Assembly: GCA_041659325.1 (NCBI GenBank)
Contig: JBAZYN010000001.1
Span: 131,428 to 195,427 of the forward strand
Length of the DNA: 64,000 nucleotides
Direction of reading: 5' to 3'
From: Candidatus Shapirobacteria bacterium
GTDB taxonomy: Bacteria > Patescibacteriota > Microgenomatia > UBA12405
A program made the translations under genes and the position numbers. The notes beneath the pieces are model-generated. The model saw only the letters and a program-made list of their open reading frames with translations. It did not search any database and was not told where the DNA came from. Within the stretch, counting starts at the first letter, position 1, and each line of letters starts with the position of its first letter. This document shows positions 10,483-19,916 of this stretch, piece after piece.

Positions 10483-10814
10483 AAAATATGAAAATTCTTA
10501 AGGGCGACACAGTCAAAGTTTTAATTGGTAAGGACAAAAACCGTTCCGGTACGGTAGTTGCCAGCTTTCCCCGGAAAACGGCCGTTGTAGTCAAAGGTCT
10601 CAACATGTTCAAAAAACACATCAAGGCCTCGCAGGGTAAACCAGGTTCAATTATCGAAAAAGAAAGGGCTCTACAGGTTTCCAAGATAATCCTTGTCTGC
10701 CCAAACTGCCAAAAATCCACCCGGGTAGGTTACGAAATCGACAAATCCGGTGATAAATATCGTATTTGTAAAAAGTGCAAGACGATTATCCAAAACAAAG
10801 TCATTAAAAAATAA
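10479..10814 (+). CDS. rplX: 50S ribosomal protein L24 with C-terminal CxxC...CxxC zinc-ribbon extension
   Basis: 111 aa. A KOW domain (KILKGDTVKVLIGKDKNRSG) is followed by CPNCQKS...CKKCKT. Confidence 0.85.
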   Translation: MKNMKILKGDTVKVLIGKDKNRSGTVVASFPRKTAVVVKGLNMFKKHIKASQGKPGSIIEKERALQVSKIILVCPNCQKSTRVGYEIDKSGDKYRICKKCKTIIQNKVIKK

Positions 10815-10819
10815 TTAAA

Positions 10820-11359
10820 ATGCTAAGAAGTACTTATTTAAAAACAACAAACGAAGCTTTGGTAAAACTCCTGGGAAAAGACAGGAATACCAATTCATTC
10901 CCTAAACTTATTAAAGTTGTTATCAACTATCGGGTCACAGAAGGTCGTGAAAGCCAGGAGTCACTTGCAGCCGCCGAAGTCGACCTCTTATCCATTACGG
11001 GTCAAAAACCAAAACTTTGTAAAGCCAAAAAATCCGTTGCCACTTTTAAAGTCAGGCAGGGAGATCCATTGGCCCTAAAAGTCACTCTACGCGGTGAAAG
11101 AATGTACGATTTTATTGAAAAGCTATTCAACCTTGTTCTGCCCAGGCTCCGTGACTTCAAAGGTATGTCAGCTAATTCTTTTGATGAAAAAGGTAATTAC
11201 AACTTTGTTATCAAAGATCAAACTTATTTTCCCGAAATAAATCTTGATAAAGTCAATAAAATCAGATCTGTCCAGACTACCATAAGTATTTCTGCCTCTT
11301 CAAAAGAAGAGTCAAAAATGTTATTATCCGCCCTAGGGTTTCCGTTCGAAAAAAACTAA
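10820..11359 (+). CDS. rplE: 50S ribosomal protein L5
   Basis: 179 aa. Operon position. The LPRLRDFKG segment is typical of L5. Confidence 0.95.
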   Translation: MLRSTYLKTTNEALVKLLGKDRNTNSFPKLIKVVINYRVTEGRESQESLAAAEVDLLSITGQKPKLCKAKKSVATFKVRQGDPLALKVTLRGERMYDFIEKLFNLVLPRLRDFKGMSANSFDEKGNYNFVIKDQTYFPEINLDKVNKIRSVQTTISISASSKEESKMLLSALGFPFEKN

Positions 11360-11362
11360 CAT

Positions 11363-11548
11363 ATGGCCACAAAAGCAAAAATTGCACGAGAATCAAAAAA
11401 ACTTAAGTACAGCTGTCGTCATCATAATAGATGTCAGATCTGTGGTCGTCCACGCGGATTTATTAGATTATTTGGTTTATGCCGCCTTTGCTTTAGAAAA
11501 ATGGCAAATCAAGGAGTCCTTCCCGGAGTTAAAAGATCCAGTTGGTAA
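11363..11548 (+). CDS. rpsN: 30S ribosomal protein S14 type Z (zinc-binding)
   Basis: 61 aa with [28 protein letters not shown]. This is the Cys4 short S14. Confidence 0.9.
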   Translation: MATKAKIARESKKLKYSCRHHNRCQICGRPRGFIRLFGLCRLCFRKMANQGVLPGVKRSSW

Positions 11549-11554
11549 ACAAAT

Positions 11555-11944
11555 ATGATCATCTCTCTCCCTATCGATTTTTTAATCAGAATCAAAAATG
11601 GTTACAAAGCAGGCCGCAAGACAATTACCGGTCCGGCCTCAAAATATTGCGTAGCAATAGCCGATCTTTTGAAAAAACATGGTCTCATATCCGGATATTC
11701 AGTCTCAGACGATGCCAAAAAAATAATCACCATCAATCTTGCCTACAACAACAATGAGCCGGCAATTTCAGATGTCAAAATCCACTCCAGGCCCGGGCGA
11801 AGAGTCTACGAAAAGTCCATATCCCTTCCCTGGGGTAAAGGTAAACAATCACTTTTTATTATTTCTACCTCAAGCGGTGTTTTTTCTCAAAAGGAAGCCA
11901 AGTCAAAAGGTTTAGGCGGAGAAATATTGGCCGAAATTAACTAA
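11555..11944 (+). CDS. rpsH: 30S ribosomal protein S8
   Basis: 129 aa. MIISLPIDFLIRIKNG is a canonical S8 start. Confidence 0.93.
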   Translation: MIISLPIDFLIRIKNGYKAGRKTITGPASKYCVAIADLLKKHGLISGYSVSDDAKKIITINLAYNNNEPAISDVKIHSRPGRRVYEKSISLPWGKGKQSLFIISTSSGVFSQKEAKSKGLGGEILAEIN

Positions 11945-11946
11945 AT

Positions 11947-12486
11947 ATGTCAAGAATCGGAAGATTACCAATATCAATCCCTGCCGGAGTTACCGTCAAC
12001 GTTAACTCCAATATTGTCACTGTCTCCGGGACAAAAGGAACATTAACCCTAAAGACTCCTCTCAAAATTGCTATCGACCAAAAAGATGGCCAAGTGGTTG
12101 TCTCCCGTCTTTCTGAAGACAAAAAAGTTCGCTCCAACCACGGTTCGATTCGTGCTCATATCAACAACATGATTCAGGGAGTGCAGACTCCCTGGCACAA
12201 AGAGCTCTTGATAAAAGGCACTGGTTATAAAGCCGTTTTATCCGGAAACAAGTTGATTGTCAGCGCCGGTTATATTCATCCGGTCGAGGTAATCGCTCCC
12301 GAAGGAATCCAATTTCAGGTCTTAGAGGACACCAAGGTTATCGTTACCGGTGCAGACAAAACTATTGTCGGCCAAGTAGCTAGCAACATCAGGAAAATTC
12401 GAACCCCCGAACCATACAAGGGTAAAGGAATCCGCTATGTTGATGAATTTATTAAGTTGAAAGCCGGAAAAACAGCCAAAGCCTAA
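11947..12486 (+). CDS. rplF: 50S ribosomal protein L6
   Basis: 179 aa. MSRIGRLPISIPAGV is a canonical L6 start. Confidence 0.93.
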   Translation: MSRIGRLPISIPAGVTVNVNSNIVTVSGTKGTLTLKTPLKIAIDQKDGQVVVSRLSEDKKVRSNHGSIRAHINNMIQGVQTPWHKELLIKGTGYKAVLSGNKLIVSAGYIHPVEVIAPEGIQFQVLEDTKVIVTGADKTIVGQVASNIRKIRTPEPYKGKGIRYVDEFIKLKAGKTAKA

Positions 12487-12492
12487 AAAATT

Positions 12493-12837
12493 ATGATCAA
12501 TCACAACACAAAAATTAGAAGGTTAAATCGAGTCAGGGCAAAGCTCGCCCGAAACGTTGGTATACCCAGACTCTCTGTTTTTCGCAGCAATCAGCATCTT
12601 TGGGCCCAGATAATTGACGACAAACACGGTCGGACCATTGTTTCTGCCTCGACGAAATCTCTCAAAAAAATTACCGGTACAAAAACAGAGAAAGCCATTG
12701 CTGTCGGGGCTGAGATTGCCAAGCTCGCTATAGAAAAAAAAGTTAACAAGGTTCGCTTTGACAGAGGCTTATACCGATATCACGGTCGGGTCAAATCTCT
12801 GGCGGATGAAGCCAGAAAAAACGGACTAAAATTTTAA
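12493..12837 (+). CDS. rplR: 50S ribosomal protein L18
   Basis: 114 aa. Position between rplF and rpsE. L18-like PRLSVFRSNQHLWAQIIDD. Confidence 0.9.
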   Translation: MINHNTKIRRLNRVRAKLARNVGIPRLSVFRSNQHLWAQIIDDKHGRTIVSASTKSLKKITGTKTEKAIAVGAEIAKLAIEKKVNKVRFDRGLYRYHGRVKSLADEARKNGLKF

Positions 12838-12844
12838 AGCAAAT

Positions 12845-13321
12845 ATGTACCAAGATAAACAAAACAATAGATCAGAGAGATACGAAAAACCAATCAGTGA
12901 ATTTACCGAAAAAGTCGTCCAGGTTAAAAGGGTATCCAAAAAAACTAAAGGCGGAAATCAGGCGTCATTTACTGCTCTGGTTGTCTCTGGTGACAAAAAA
13001 TCAAGAGTTGGGGTCGGTTTAGGCAAAGCAAAAAGTGTAGCTGATGCTATTCAAAAAGCCATCCTTCGCGCCAGAAAAACCATGATTACTGTCCCTATTG
13101 TCGACGGTACCATATCCAAAGAAGTTCGTCTAAAATTTAAAGGGGCACTTGTCCTTATCCGTCCGGGTAAAAAGGGAAGTGGCATCATCGCCGGCGGCCC
13201 TGTCCGTTCGGTTGTAGAATTAGCCGGTGTCAAAGATGTTGTCAGCAAAATTATTGGCTCAAAAAACAAGTCAATAAATGTTTGGGCCACCGTCCAGGCT
13301 TTAACCCAATTAGCAAAATAA
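12845..13321 (+). CDS. rpsE: 30S ribosomal protein S5
   Basis: 158 aa. S5 dsRBD + C-terminal domain with GKKGSGIIAGGPVR. It is followed directly by rplO with no rpmD (L30). Confidence 0.93.
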   Translation: MYQDKQNNRSERYEKPISEFTEKVVQVKRVSKKTKGGNQASFTALVVSGDKKSRVGVGLGKAKSVADAIQKAILRARKTMITVPIVDGTISKEVRLKFKGALVLIRPGKKGSGIIAGGPVRSVVELAGVKDVVSKIIGSKNKSINVWATVQALTQLAK

Positions 13322-13325
13322 ATAT

Positions 13326-13775
13326 ATGGAAATTCGAAATAATTTAACAAAAACAATTGACAAGAGTCTCAAGCGAAGAGGCCGCGGTATCGGTTCTGGT
13401 GTCGGTGGCCATACCACTGGCCGTGGTGCCAAAGGAGACAAGTCCCGTGGTCAAACAAAAATAACTTTTGACGGTAGCAAGATCAAAAAAGGTTGGATCA
13501 AAAGACTGCCTTTTTTGAGGGGTAAACACAGAACCAACAGAATGAGCCAATATTCTCTCATCACCCTCGAACAGATTGATAAGTGGTTCAAAACAGGAGA
13601 GACTGTTGACGCTACCTCAATCTCTAAGAAAGCAAAAATCTCTCAAAGAAAGTTAGGGGCAAGTATCAAGGTGCTTTCCCGTGGTAAGCTAACAAAAACA
13701 TTAACTTTTAAAGGCCTTAAATTCTCTGAAAAAGCCTTGGCACAAGTTACTTCGTCGGGTGGTAAGATAGATTAA
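13326..13775 (+). CDS. rplO: 50S ribosomal protein L15
   Basis: 149 aa. [21 protein letters not shown] matches L15. Confidence 0.9.
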   Translation: MEIRNNLTKTIDKSLKRRGRGIGSGVGGHTTGRGAKGDKSRGQTKITFDGSKIKKGWIKRLPFLRGKHRTNRMSQYSLITLEQIDKWFKTGETVDATSISKKAKISQRKLGASIKVLSRGKLTKTLTFKGLKFSEKALAQVTSSGGKID

Positions 13776-15055
13776 TGAATCAATTCGTCAAGTCACTTTC
13801 CCTTTATCTCGAAGCCCTAAAAACACCTCTGATTAGGAAAAAAATTCTAATTACCCTCGGTATCCTGATACTTTTTCGATTTATCGCCCACATTCCCGTC
13901 CCCGGAGTCAATCTTAGTCTGCTAAAAAGCTTTTTTTCCCAAAATCAACTCCTCTCTCTGCTCGATATATTTTCCGGTGGAACCCTTGCTAATTTCTCTA
14001 TTGCCGCTCTGGGTTTGAATCCCTACATTAACGCCTCAATTATGCTCCAGCTTCTTTCTATGGTAGTTCCCCAACTCGAAGAATTACAAAAAGAAGGGGA
14101 ATACGGCCGGGCAAAAATAAATCAATACACCAGGATATTAACCATTCCTCTTTCCATCGTCCAGTCCATAGGTATGTATGGAATTTTAAGATCTCAAAAC
14201 ATTATCCAAAATCTATCTCCGCTAACACTTGTCGCTCTGGTCGCCAGCATGCTAGCCGGCACCATGATAATGATATTTCTTGGAGAAATGATAAATGTCT
14301 ATGGGGTCGGAAACGGAATATCTATGATCATTTTTGCCGGTATTATTGCCCGTCTTCCGGTTGGTTTGATCCAAACACTAAGCGTTACCGATCTTTCGAA
14401 TCCTCAAACAGGTCTCAATCTAATTGTTTTTGCCGCACTGGCCGTCGCTTTGGTCTTGGCAATAGTAATGGTTGAAGAAGCCATTTTGAGAATTCCCATC
14501 AGTTATGCCAAAAGAGCCCAAACAACTTATCTACCTATCAAGGTCGATACTGCCGGAGTCATGCCTATCATTTTTGCTATGTCCCTTGCTTCTATCCCTT
14601 CGCTTTTGGGGCAGTTTTTATCGAAACTTTCAAATTCCGTCATTGCTTCTTTTGGCTCATTAATCGGTAGGATTTTTCAATCCGGCAGTTATGTCCATAT
14701 ATTTTTATACTTCTTTTTAGTAATCGGTTTTACATTTTTCTATACCTCAGTCGTCTTTAAACCAAAAGATATTGCCGATGAATTAAGAAAGTCGGGCGGC
14801 TACATGCCCGGCATCCGGCCTGGTCTTGCCACTGAAAAACGTCTCAAGTATCTGATCAACCGGGTGATTGCTATTGGTGCCGTGTTTTTAGGGTTAATCG
14901 CTGTTTCCCCCTCAATTGTCCAAAAAATGACAAATATCACCACTCTCACTGTTGGCGGAACCAGCGTTTTAATTGTTGTCTCGGTAGTCATCGAGCTTAC
15001 CAGAAAAATCGAAAATGTTGTCCAAAGTTACAATTACGACAAACTAACATATTAA
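13775..15055 (+). CDS. secY: preprotein translocase subunit SecY
   Basis: 426 aa with a 10-TM profile. The start is TAATG-coupled to rplO. It occupies the canonical position after L15. Confidence 0.95.
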   Translation: MNQFVKSLSLYLEALKTPLIRKKILITLGILILFRFIAHIPVPGVNLSLLKSFFSQNQLLSLLDIFSGGTLANFSIAALGLNPYINASIMLQLLSMVVPQLEELQKEGEYGRAKINQYTRILTIPLSIVQSIGMYGILRSQNIIQNLSPLTLVALVASMLAGTMIMIFLGEMINVYGVGNGISMIIFAGIIARLPVGLIQTLSVTDLSNPQTGLNLIVFAALAVALVLAIVMVEEAILRIPISYAKRAQTTYLPIKVDTAGVMPIIFAMSLASIPSLLGQFLSKLSNSVIASFGSLIGRIFQSGSYVHIFLYFFLVIGFTFFYTSVVFKPKDIADELRKSGGYMPGIRPGLATEKRLKYLINRVIAIGAVFLGLIAVSPSIVQKMTNITTLTVGGTSVLIVVSVVIELTRKIENVVQSYNYDKLTY

Positions 15056-15087
15056 TCTTCTAAATTTATAACTTTACAAACTAATTT

Positions 15088-15675
15088 ATGTCACTGAACC
15101 TCTTCATAATTGGTCCCTCCGGCTGTGGCAAGTCCACCCAGGCTAAATTAATCGCTCAAAAGTACAATCTAACCCATTTTTCCATGGGACAGCTTCTTCG
15201 TGACGAAATCGCCTCTGGTTCAAAATTAGGTCTCGATACCAAGGCATCAGTCGATGCCGGTATCCCAACCCCAGACGACATCGTTCTTCCTATTCTTAGT
15301 CAAAAATTAATTTCACTTAGCAATCAGAACTTTATTGTCGATGGTTTTCCCCGCCTAATCCAACAGGGTCATTATATTGATCATTTTTTAATAGACAAAG
15401 GTCAATCAACTTCTCTCGTTATCCACCTTCTGGTAAATTTCTTAGAAATCCAAAAAAGACGCGAAAAGCTTGGAGTTAGTTTTCAAGACAACACTCGCAG
15501 CGACAATACACCGGAGGCAATTGCCAATCGTCAAAAAATTCTGTATGAACAGGGAATTGCCCCCATACTTGATCATTATCGAGTAGCCAACAGATTATAT
15601 GAAGTCGACGGCAACCGCCCGATAGAGCCAATTTTTGAAGATATCTGTAAAGTTATTGATAATATTAATAGTTAA
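15088..15675 (+). CDS. adk: adenylate kinase (short form)
   Basis: 195 aa. It has a GPSGCGKST P-loop and follows secY. Confidence 0.85.
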   Translation: MSLNLFIIGPSGCGKSTQAKLIAQKYNLTHFSMGQLLRDEIASGSKLGLDTKASVDAGIPTPDDIVLPILSQKLISLSNQNFIVDGFPRLIQQGHYIDHFLIDKGQSTSLVIHLLVNFLEIQKRREKLGVSFQDNTRSDNTPEAIANRQKILYEQGIAPILDHYRVANRLYEVDGNRPIEPIFEDICKVIDNINS

Positions 15676-15691
15676 ATATCCAATTTAATTA

Positions 15692-15898
15692 ATGCAAACC
15701 GAACCAACCGTAAAAGCCCTGGTAACCGAAGTTCTTCCAAATTCTTTATATCGGGTCAAGTTGCCCGATGACAAGGAAATAGTTGCCTATCTGGCAGGTA
15801 AATTAAGAATGCACCATATCCGTGTTATGACAGGGGACACTGTTTCGCTTATCCTTAGCCCCGAAGGCGACAAAGGCCGTATAGTCTATAGGAATTAA
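15692..15898 (+). CDS. infA: translation initiation factor IF-1
   Basis: 68 aa. S1-like OB sequence (LPNSLYRVKL...GKLRMHHIRVMTGDTV...GRIVYR). Confidence 0.9.
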   Translation: MQTEPTVKALVTEVLPNSLYRVKLPDDKEIVAYLAGKLRMHHIRVMTGDTVSLILSPEGDKGRIVYRN

Positions 15899-15953
15899 AT
15901 TGAAATTAGTCTTTGATATTCCGCCGAATTTAAGATACAATATCCCCAAGCTT

Positions 15954-16067
15954 ATGAAAGTCCAGTCAAGTATCAAACGCCGCTGCAAAAACTGTAAAGT
16001 TGTAATTCGTCGGGGAATTAGGCGCATTATTTGTTCTACAAAAAAACATACCCAAAAACAGGGCTAA
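15954..16067 (+). CDS. rpmJ: 50S ribosomal protein L36
   Basis: Not in the ORF track (37 aa). Own translation: MKVQSSIKRRCKNCKVVIRRGIRRIICSTKKHTQKQG. It has a C-x2-C...C-x4-H zinc ribbon and the canonical position between infA and rpsM. Confidence 0.85.
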   Translation: MKVQSSIKRRCKNCKVVIRRGIRRIICSTKKHTQKQG

Positions 16068-16072
16068 TCAAA

Positions 16073-16492
16073 ATGAGAATCATCGGTGTAGAAATTCCGG
16101 ATAACGAAAGGGCAGAAATTGGTTTGACCAGATTCTACGGTATTGGCCGCACCAACATTAAATCACTTGCCAAGTTGGCAAAGATTGATCTTAATACCAG
16201 AATCAAAGACCTAAGTCGTGACGATGTTGCTAATTTAATGAAGGCTTTGGAAACTTTTCGTGTCGAGGGTGATCTAAAAAAAGAAATTCGTGAAAGCATT
16301 GATCGTCTAAAAGCTATAAAATGTTACCGTGGCATTCGCCATATTGTCGGGCTTCCTGCTCGTGGTCAGCGGACAAAATCCAATGCCCGTACCCGTAAGG
16401 GCAAGAAAAAAACAGTCGGTTCACTTACCAAAGAAGCATGGGCAAAAATTGAATCTCAGCAAAAGGCAGCTTCGGTTGCCAAAAACGAATAA
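16073..16492 (+). CDS. rpsM: 30S ribosomal protein S13
   Basis: The ORF-track start at 16031 runs through rpmJ. The ATG at 16073 gives MRIIGVEIPDN..., a canonical S13 start, 5 nt after the rpmJ stop. Confidence 0.9.
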   Translation: MRIIGVEIPDNERAEIGLTRFYGIGRTNIKSLAKLAKIDLNTRIKDLSRDDVANLMKALETFRVEGDLKKEIRESIDRLKAIKCYRGIRHIVGLPARGQRTKSNARTRKGKKKTVGSLTKEAWAKIESQQKAASVAKNE

Positions 16493-16506
16493 CATGTTAA
16501 ATTAAT

Positions 16507-16917
16507 ATGGCAAATACAGAAACTAATTCCACCCCCCCAAAAACTACCAAAAAGAAAGTATACAAAAACGTGGCCGAAGGCCGCCTATACGTCAATTCGA
16601 CTTTCAATAATACCCTGGTAACCATTGCCGATGCCAAGGGAAATACCCTAGCCTGGTCAAGTTCTGGTAACTGCGGCTTTAAGGGAGCCCGAAAATCTAC
16701 TCCGTACGCCGCTACCACTGCTTTAGAAAAAACTCTTGAAGAAGCCAAAAAATATGGCATCAAGAAATTAGTTGTTTATCTCAAAGGTCCCGGTGTCGGT
16801 AGAGACGCTACTCTCCGTTATCTTCGCACCAAAAGGGATTTTGATGTTGAAGAAATTTCCGACGTCACCCCCGTCCCCCATAACGGTCCCCGGCCTCCCA
16901 AACAACGCAAAGTTTAA
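16507..16917 (+). CDS. rpsK: 30S ribosomal protein S11
   Basis: 136 aa. GRLYVNSTFNNTLVTIADAKGNTLAWSSSG is typical of S11. Confidence 0.95.
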   Translation: MANTETNSTPPKTTKKKVYKNVAEGRLYVNSTFNNTLVTIADAKGNTLAWSSSGNCGFKGARKSTPYAATTALEKTLEEAKKYGIKKLVVYLKGPGVGRDATLRYLRTKRDFDVEEISDVTPVPHNGPRPPKQRKV

Positions 16918-16964
16918 CTCTACAAACTTTATAACTTTTTACTTGATAACTTTATAACTAACCC

Positions 16965-17588
16965 ATGAGAATCACACTTAATACAAAATGCCGTCTTTGC
17001 CGAACCGAAGGCACCAAACTCTTTATTAAAGGGACCAGATGTATGTCATCTAAGTGCCCAATCGAAAAAAAAGGCGCCGTTCACCCGGGGATGCACGGTC
17101 TAAAAAGAGTTAAAAAATCAACCGATTACGGCATTCAACTCCGTGCAAAGCAAAAAGCCAAAAGACTATACGGAATACAAGAAAAACAATTCAGAAATTA
17201 TTATTTGAAAGCAAAGAAACTGAAAGGTCTTGTCGGAGACAATCTAATTTCGATGATTGAAACCCGATTAGACAATGTTGTTTATTTGGGTGGATTGTCC
17301 CAGTCAAGAACCCAGGCAAAACAACTTATTAGTCACAAACATATTCTGGTAAACGGCAAACCATTAAATATTTCTTCATACCTTGTTAGAATCGGTGACA
17401 TCATTTCAATCGATAAGAGCTCAAAAGTTAAGGACAATCTCCGCCTTGGCGACAAAGACTTCCGCTATCCTTCCTGGCACGATGTAAACAAACAAAACCA
17501 ATCCATAAAAATCACATCCATGCCCATTCGCGATGAAATAGGCAGTGGGGTAGATGTTAATTTAATAATTGAATATTATTCTAGATAA
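16965..17588 (+). CDS. rpsD: 30S ribosomal protein S4
   Basis: 207 aa. It has an N-terminal C4 zinc motif (CRLCR...CMSSKC) and an S4 domain. Confidence 0.93.
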   Translation: MRITLNTKCRLCRTEGTKLFIKGTRCMSSKCPIEKKGAVHPGMHGLKRVKKSTDYGIQLRAKQKAKRLYGIQEKQFRNYYLKAKKLKGLVGDNLISMIETRLDNVVYLGGLSQSRTQAKQLISHKHILVNGKPLNISSYLVRIGDIISIDKSSKVKDNLRLGDKDFRYPSWHDVNKQNQSIKITSMPIRDEIGSGVDVNLIIEYYSR

Positions 17589-17601
17589 AAAAGGAGATAA
17601 T

Positions 17602-18519
17602 GTGATAGATACAAGTAAATTCAACATAAAGACAGTTAAAACATCCAAGACTTATGGAAAATATGAACTTGGTCCGCTAGTCGGTGGTTTTGGTCACACA
17701 ATTGGCAACGCTCTCCGAAGAGTCCTTTTGATTACTGTACCGGGTGCTGCTATTACCCGTATTAGAATAGATGATGCTAGCCACCTTTTTGCCACTCTTC
17801 CCGGAGTAAAAGAAGACCTGGTCGAAGTTTCACTCAACCTCAAAAAAGTGAAATTTTCATACAAAAAAGAAGAACCGATCAAATTAATTTTGGACAAGAA
17901 AGGGCCGGGGGTTGTCACCGCCGCAGATATCTCAGACAATGAATTATGCCAAGTTGCCAATCCAGAGCAAATAATCGCTCATTTGGCCGATTCTAAATCA
18001 ACTCTGAGAATTGAAATGACCATTGAAAATGGCATTGGTTACACTATGGCCAAGGAGCAAAAAACCGATGTTGTCGGCGAAATAATTCTTGATGCCACTT
18101 TCACCCCGGTTTTAAAGTCCAACTACACTGTTGAGCCAACCCGTCTTGGTAAAAAGTCAAACTACGATAAGCTTATTATGGAAATATGGACCGATGGTTC
18201 TATCGATCCTCTTCAGGCCTTAAAATTTGCTGCCAAAGATATCATCAACTCTCTCAATCAAATTGTCGACCCCAAAGAATTTGACGAAGAAGTCATAACC
18301 TTATCTTCCACTCCCATGAACCAGGGGGTCGACATTTCTGTTGAAGAAATTGAGCTTCCTCTCCGGGTTACCAACGCCCTAAAAAAAGCAGGATTTGCCA
18401 CCATCGACGTTCTTCTGAAGGCCGGACGGGCTGAAGTCAGTAAATCAAAAAATGTTGGTGAAAAATCATTAAAAATTATTGACGCCTGGTTAAGAGACAA
18501 AGGGTTCACCTGGAAATAA
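17602..18519 (+). CDS. rpoA: DNA-directed RNA polymerase subunit alpha
   Basis: NTD + CTD of RpoA (GPLVGGFGHTIGNALRRVLL). The ORF-track ATG at 17569 overlaps rpsD. The in-frame GTG at 17602 is preceded by AAAAGGAGATAAT (strong SD) and starts just after the rpsD stop. That GTG is the likely true start. Confidence 0.88.
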   Translation: MIDTSKFNIKTVKTSKTYGKYELGPLVGGFGHTIGNALRRVLLITVPGAAITRIRIDDASHLFATLPGVKEDLVEVSLNLKKVKFSYKKEEPIKLILDKKGPGVVTAADISDNELCQVANPEQIIAHLADSKSTLRIEMTIENGIGYTMAKEQKTDVVGEIILDATFTPVLKSNYTVEPTRLGKKSNYDKLIMEIWTDGSIDPLQALKFAAKDIINSLNQIVDPKEFDEEVITLSSTPMNQGVDISVEEIELPLRVTNALKKAGFATIDVLLKAGRAEVSKSKNVGEKSLKIIDAWLRDKGFTWK

Positions 18520-18522
18520 TCT

Positions 18523-19011
18523 ATGAATCATCGGAAATTCGGTAAAAAACTTGGCAGAAACCACAACCAAAGACAGGCACTGTTCAGATCTCAGGTCAGG
18601 AGTTTCTTTACATACGGGAGTATTCAAACTACCGAAACTAAGGCCAAAGCTGTTTCCCCGATAATAGAACATCTTTGTCACATAATGGCTACAGAGCCCC
18701 AGTTGATAGCTTCAAGGGAGCTGTACCGTCATTTACAGGACAGAAACGATGTTAATCGGGTTACAAAAATTTTTAAGGAATCGTTTACTGATCAGTCTTC
18801 TAACTTTACAAGACTAACTCGAATTAAACGTCGAATCGGAGATGATGCTCTGATTGTAAGATTGTCATTTATCAAACCAGTCTCTTTTGTTGTTGTTCCA
18901 CCAAAAGTGGAAAAAGCTGAAACTAAAAAGCCAAAAGCAATAAAAGATAAAAAAATAGCCAAAACTAAAGACACCACTATAAAATTAAAGACAGCAAAGG
19001 AGCAGAAATGA
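18523..19011 (+). CDS. rplQ: 50S ribosomal protein L17 with Lys-rich C-terminal extension
   Basis: 162 aa. MNHRKFGKKLGRNHNQRQALFR is an L17 N-terminus. It has a KAKxK-rich tail. Confidence 0.9.
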   Translation: MNHRKFGKKLGRNHNQRQALFRSQVRSFFTYGSIQTTETKAKAVSPIIEHLCHIMATEPQLIASRELYRHLQDRNDVNRVTKIFKESFTDQSSNFTRLTRIKRRIGDDALIVRLSFIKPVSFVVVPPKVEKAETKKPKAIKDKKIAKTKDTTIKLKTAKEQK

Positions 19012-19430
19012 CAAACAAAACCTCAGTGACAAAGGGCAGTCTCGTTAACAGAAAATGGTATTTAGTCGATCTCTCCGGTAAAACTCTGGGGAGGATCTGT
19101 ACCGAAATTGCCGCTATTCTTATTGGAAAAGACAAAACTACTTTTTCCTATCATCGCGACGATGGTGACTATGTTGTTGCCATAAATGCCAAAGACGTTC
19201 AGGTTACGGGCCGCAAACCAAAGCAAAAATTATATCAGCATTATACCGGCTATCATGGAGGTATTAAGGAATTCACCTTTACCGAAATGATGAACAAGGA
19301 TCCTCGACAGATTATCATGCATGGTGTCAAAGGTATGCTTCCAAAAAACAAACTCCGTGACCGACGTATGACCCGATTAAAGGTTTTTGTTGATGGCGAA
19401 CACAAATACGCTGATAAAATTTCAAAATAA
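19008..19430 (+). CDS. rplM: 50S ribosomal protein L13
   Basis: 140 aa. WYLVDLSGKTLGRICTEIAAILIGKDK is an L13 hallmark. Confidence 0.93.
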   Translation: MTNKTSVTKGSLVNRKWYLVDLSGKTLGRICTEIAAILIGKDKTTFSYHRDDGDYVVAINAKDVQVTGRKPKQKLYQHYTGYHGGIKEFTFTEMMNKDPRQIIMHGVKGMLPKNKLRDRRMTRLKVFVDGEHKYADKISK

Positions 19431-19432
19431 AT

Positions 19433-19843
19433 ATGGTAAAAAAAGCATCCGCAAATACATACACATATGCCGTTGGTAGAAGGAAATCTGCCATCGCCAC
19501 GGTTAAAGTTTACCCGGGAAAAGGAGACCTTCAGGTCAACACCCAAACAATTGAAAAATATTTTCCGACCCCTACCGAGAAAATTATATATGAAAGACCA
19601 TTCGCTGCTACTGGCACAATGGGTAAATATCATTTTAGTGCCAAAATATTGGGTGGCGGAAAAAACGGTCAGATAAAATCATTAGTTTTGGCTATTTCCA
19701 GAGCCCTGAAAAAAATAGACAATACTTTTACTTCGGTCCTTCGCACCAATGGTCTTCTCACCGTTGACTCACGGGTACGGGAAAGAAGAATGGTCGGTAC
19801 TGGCGGTAAAGCCAGACGTCAAAAACAGTCTCCCAAGCGGTAA
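19433..19843 (+). CDS. rpsI: 30S ribosomal protein S9
   Basis: 136 aa. It ends ...GGKARRQKQSPKR, the S9 C-terminus. Confidence 0.93.
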   Translation: MVKKASANTYTYAVGRRKSAIATVKVYPGKGDLQVNTQTIEKYFPTPTEKIIYERPFAATGTMGKYHFSAKILGGGKNGQIKSLVLAISRALKKIDNTFTSVLRTNGLLTVDSRVRERRMVGTGGKARRQKQSPKR

Positions 19844-19847
19844 ACTG

Positions 19848-19902
19848 ATGTCATTGCGCCTGCCCGCCTTTGGTGGGAGGGGTTTATCTCCGAAGCAATC
19901 TG
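19848..19902. repeat. GC-rich structured hairpin element (dispersed repeat family member; likely operon terminator)
   Basis: GTCATTGCGCCTGCCCGCCTTTGGTGGGAGGGGTTTATCTCCGAAGCAATCT immediately after rpsI. It is near-identical at both ends to 42911-42961. The central stem carries compensatory changes (CCCTCC/GGAGGG vs CCCGCC/GGTGGG). Confidence 0.45.
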
Positions 19903-19916
19903 TGTTATTTTAACCT

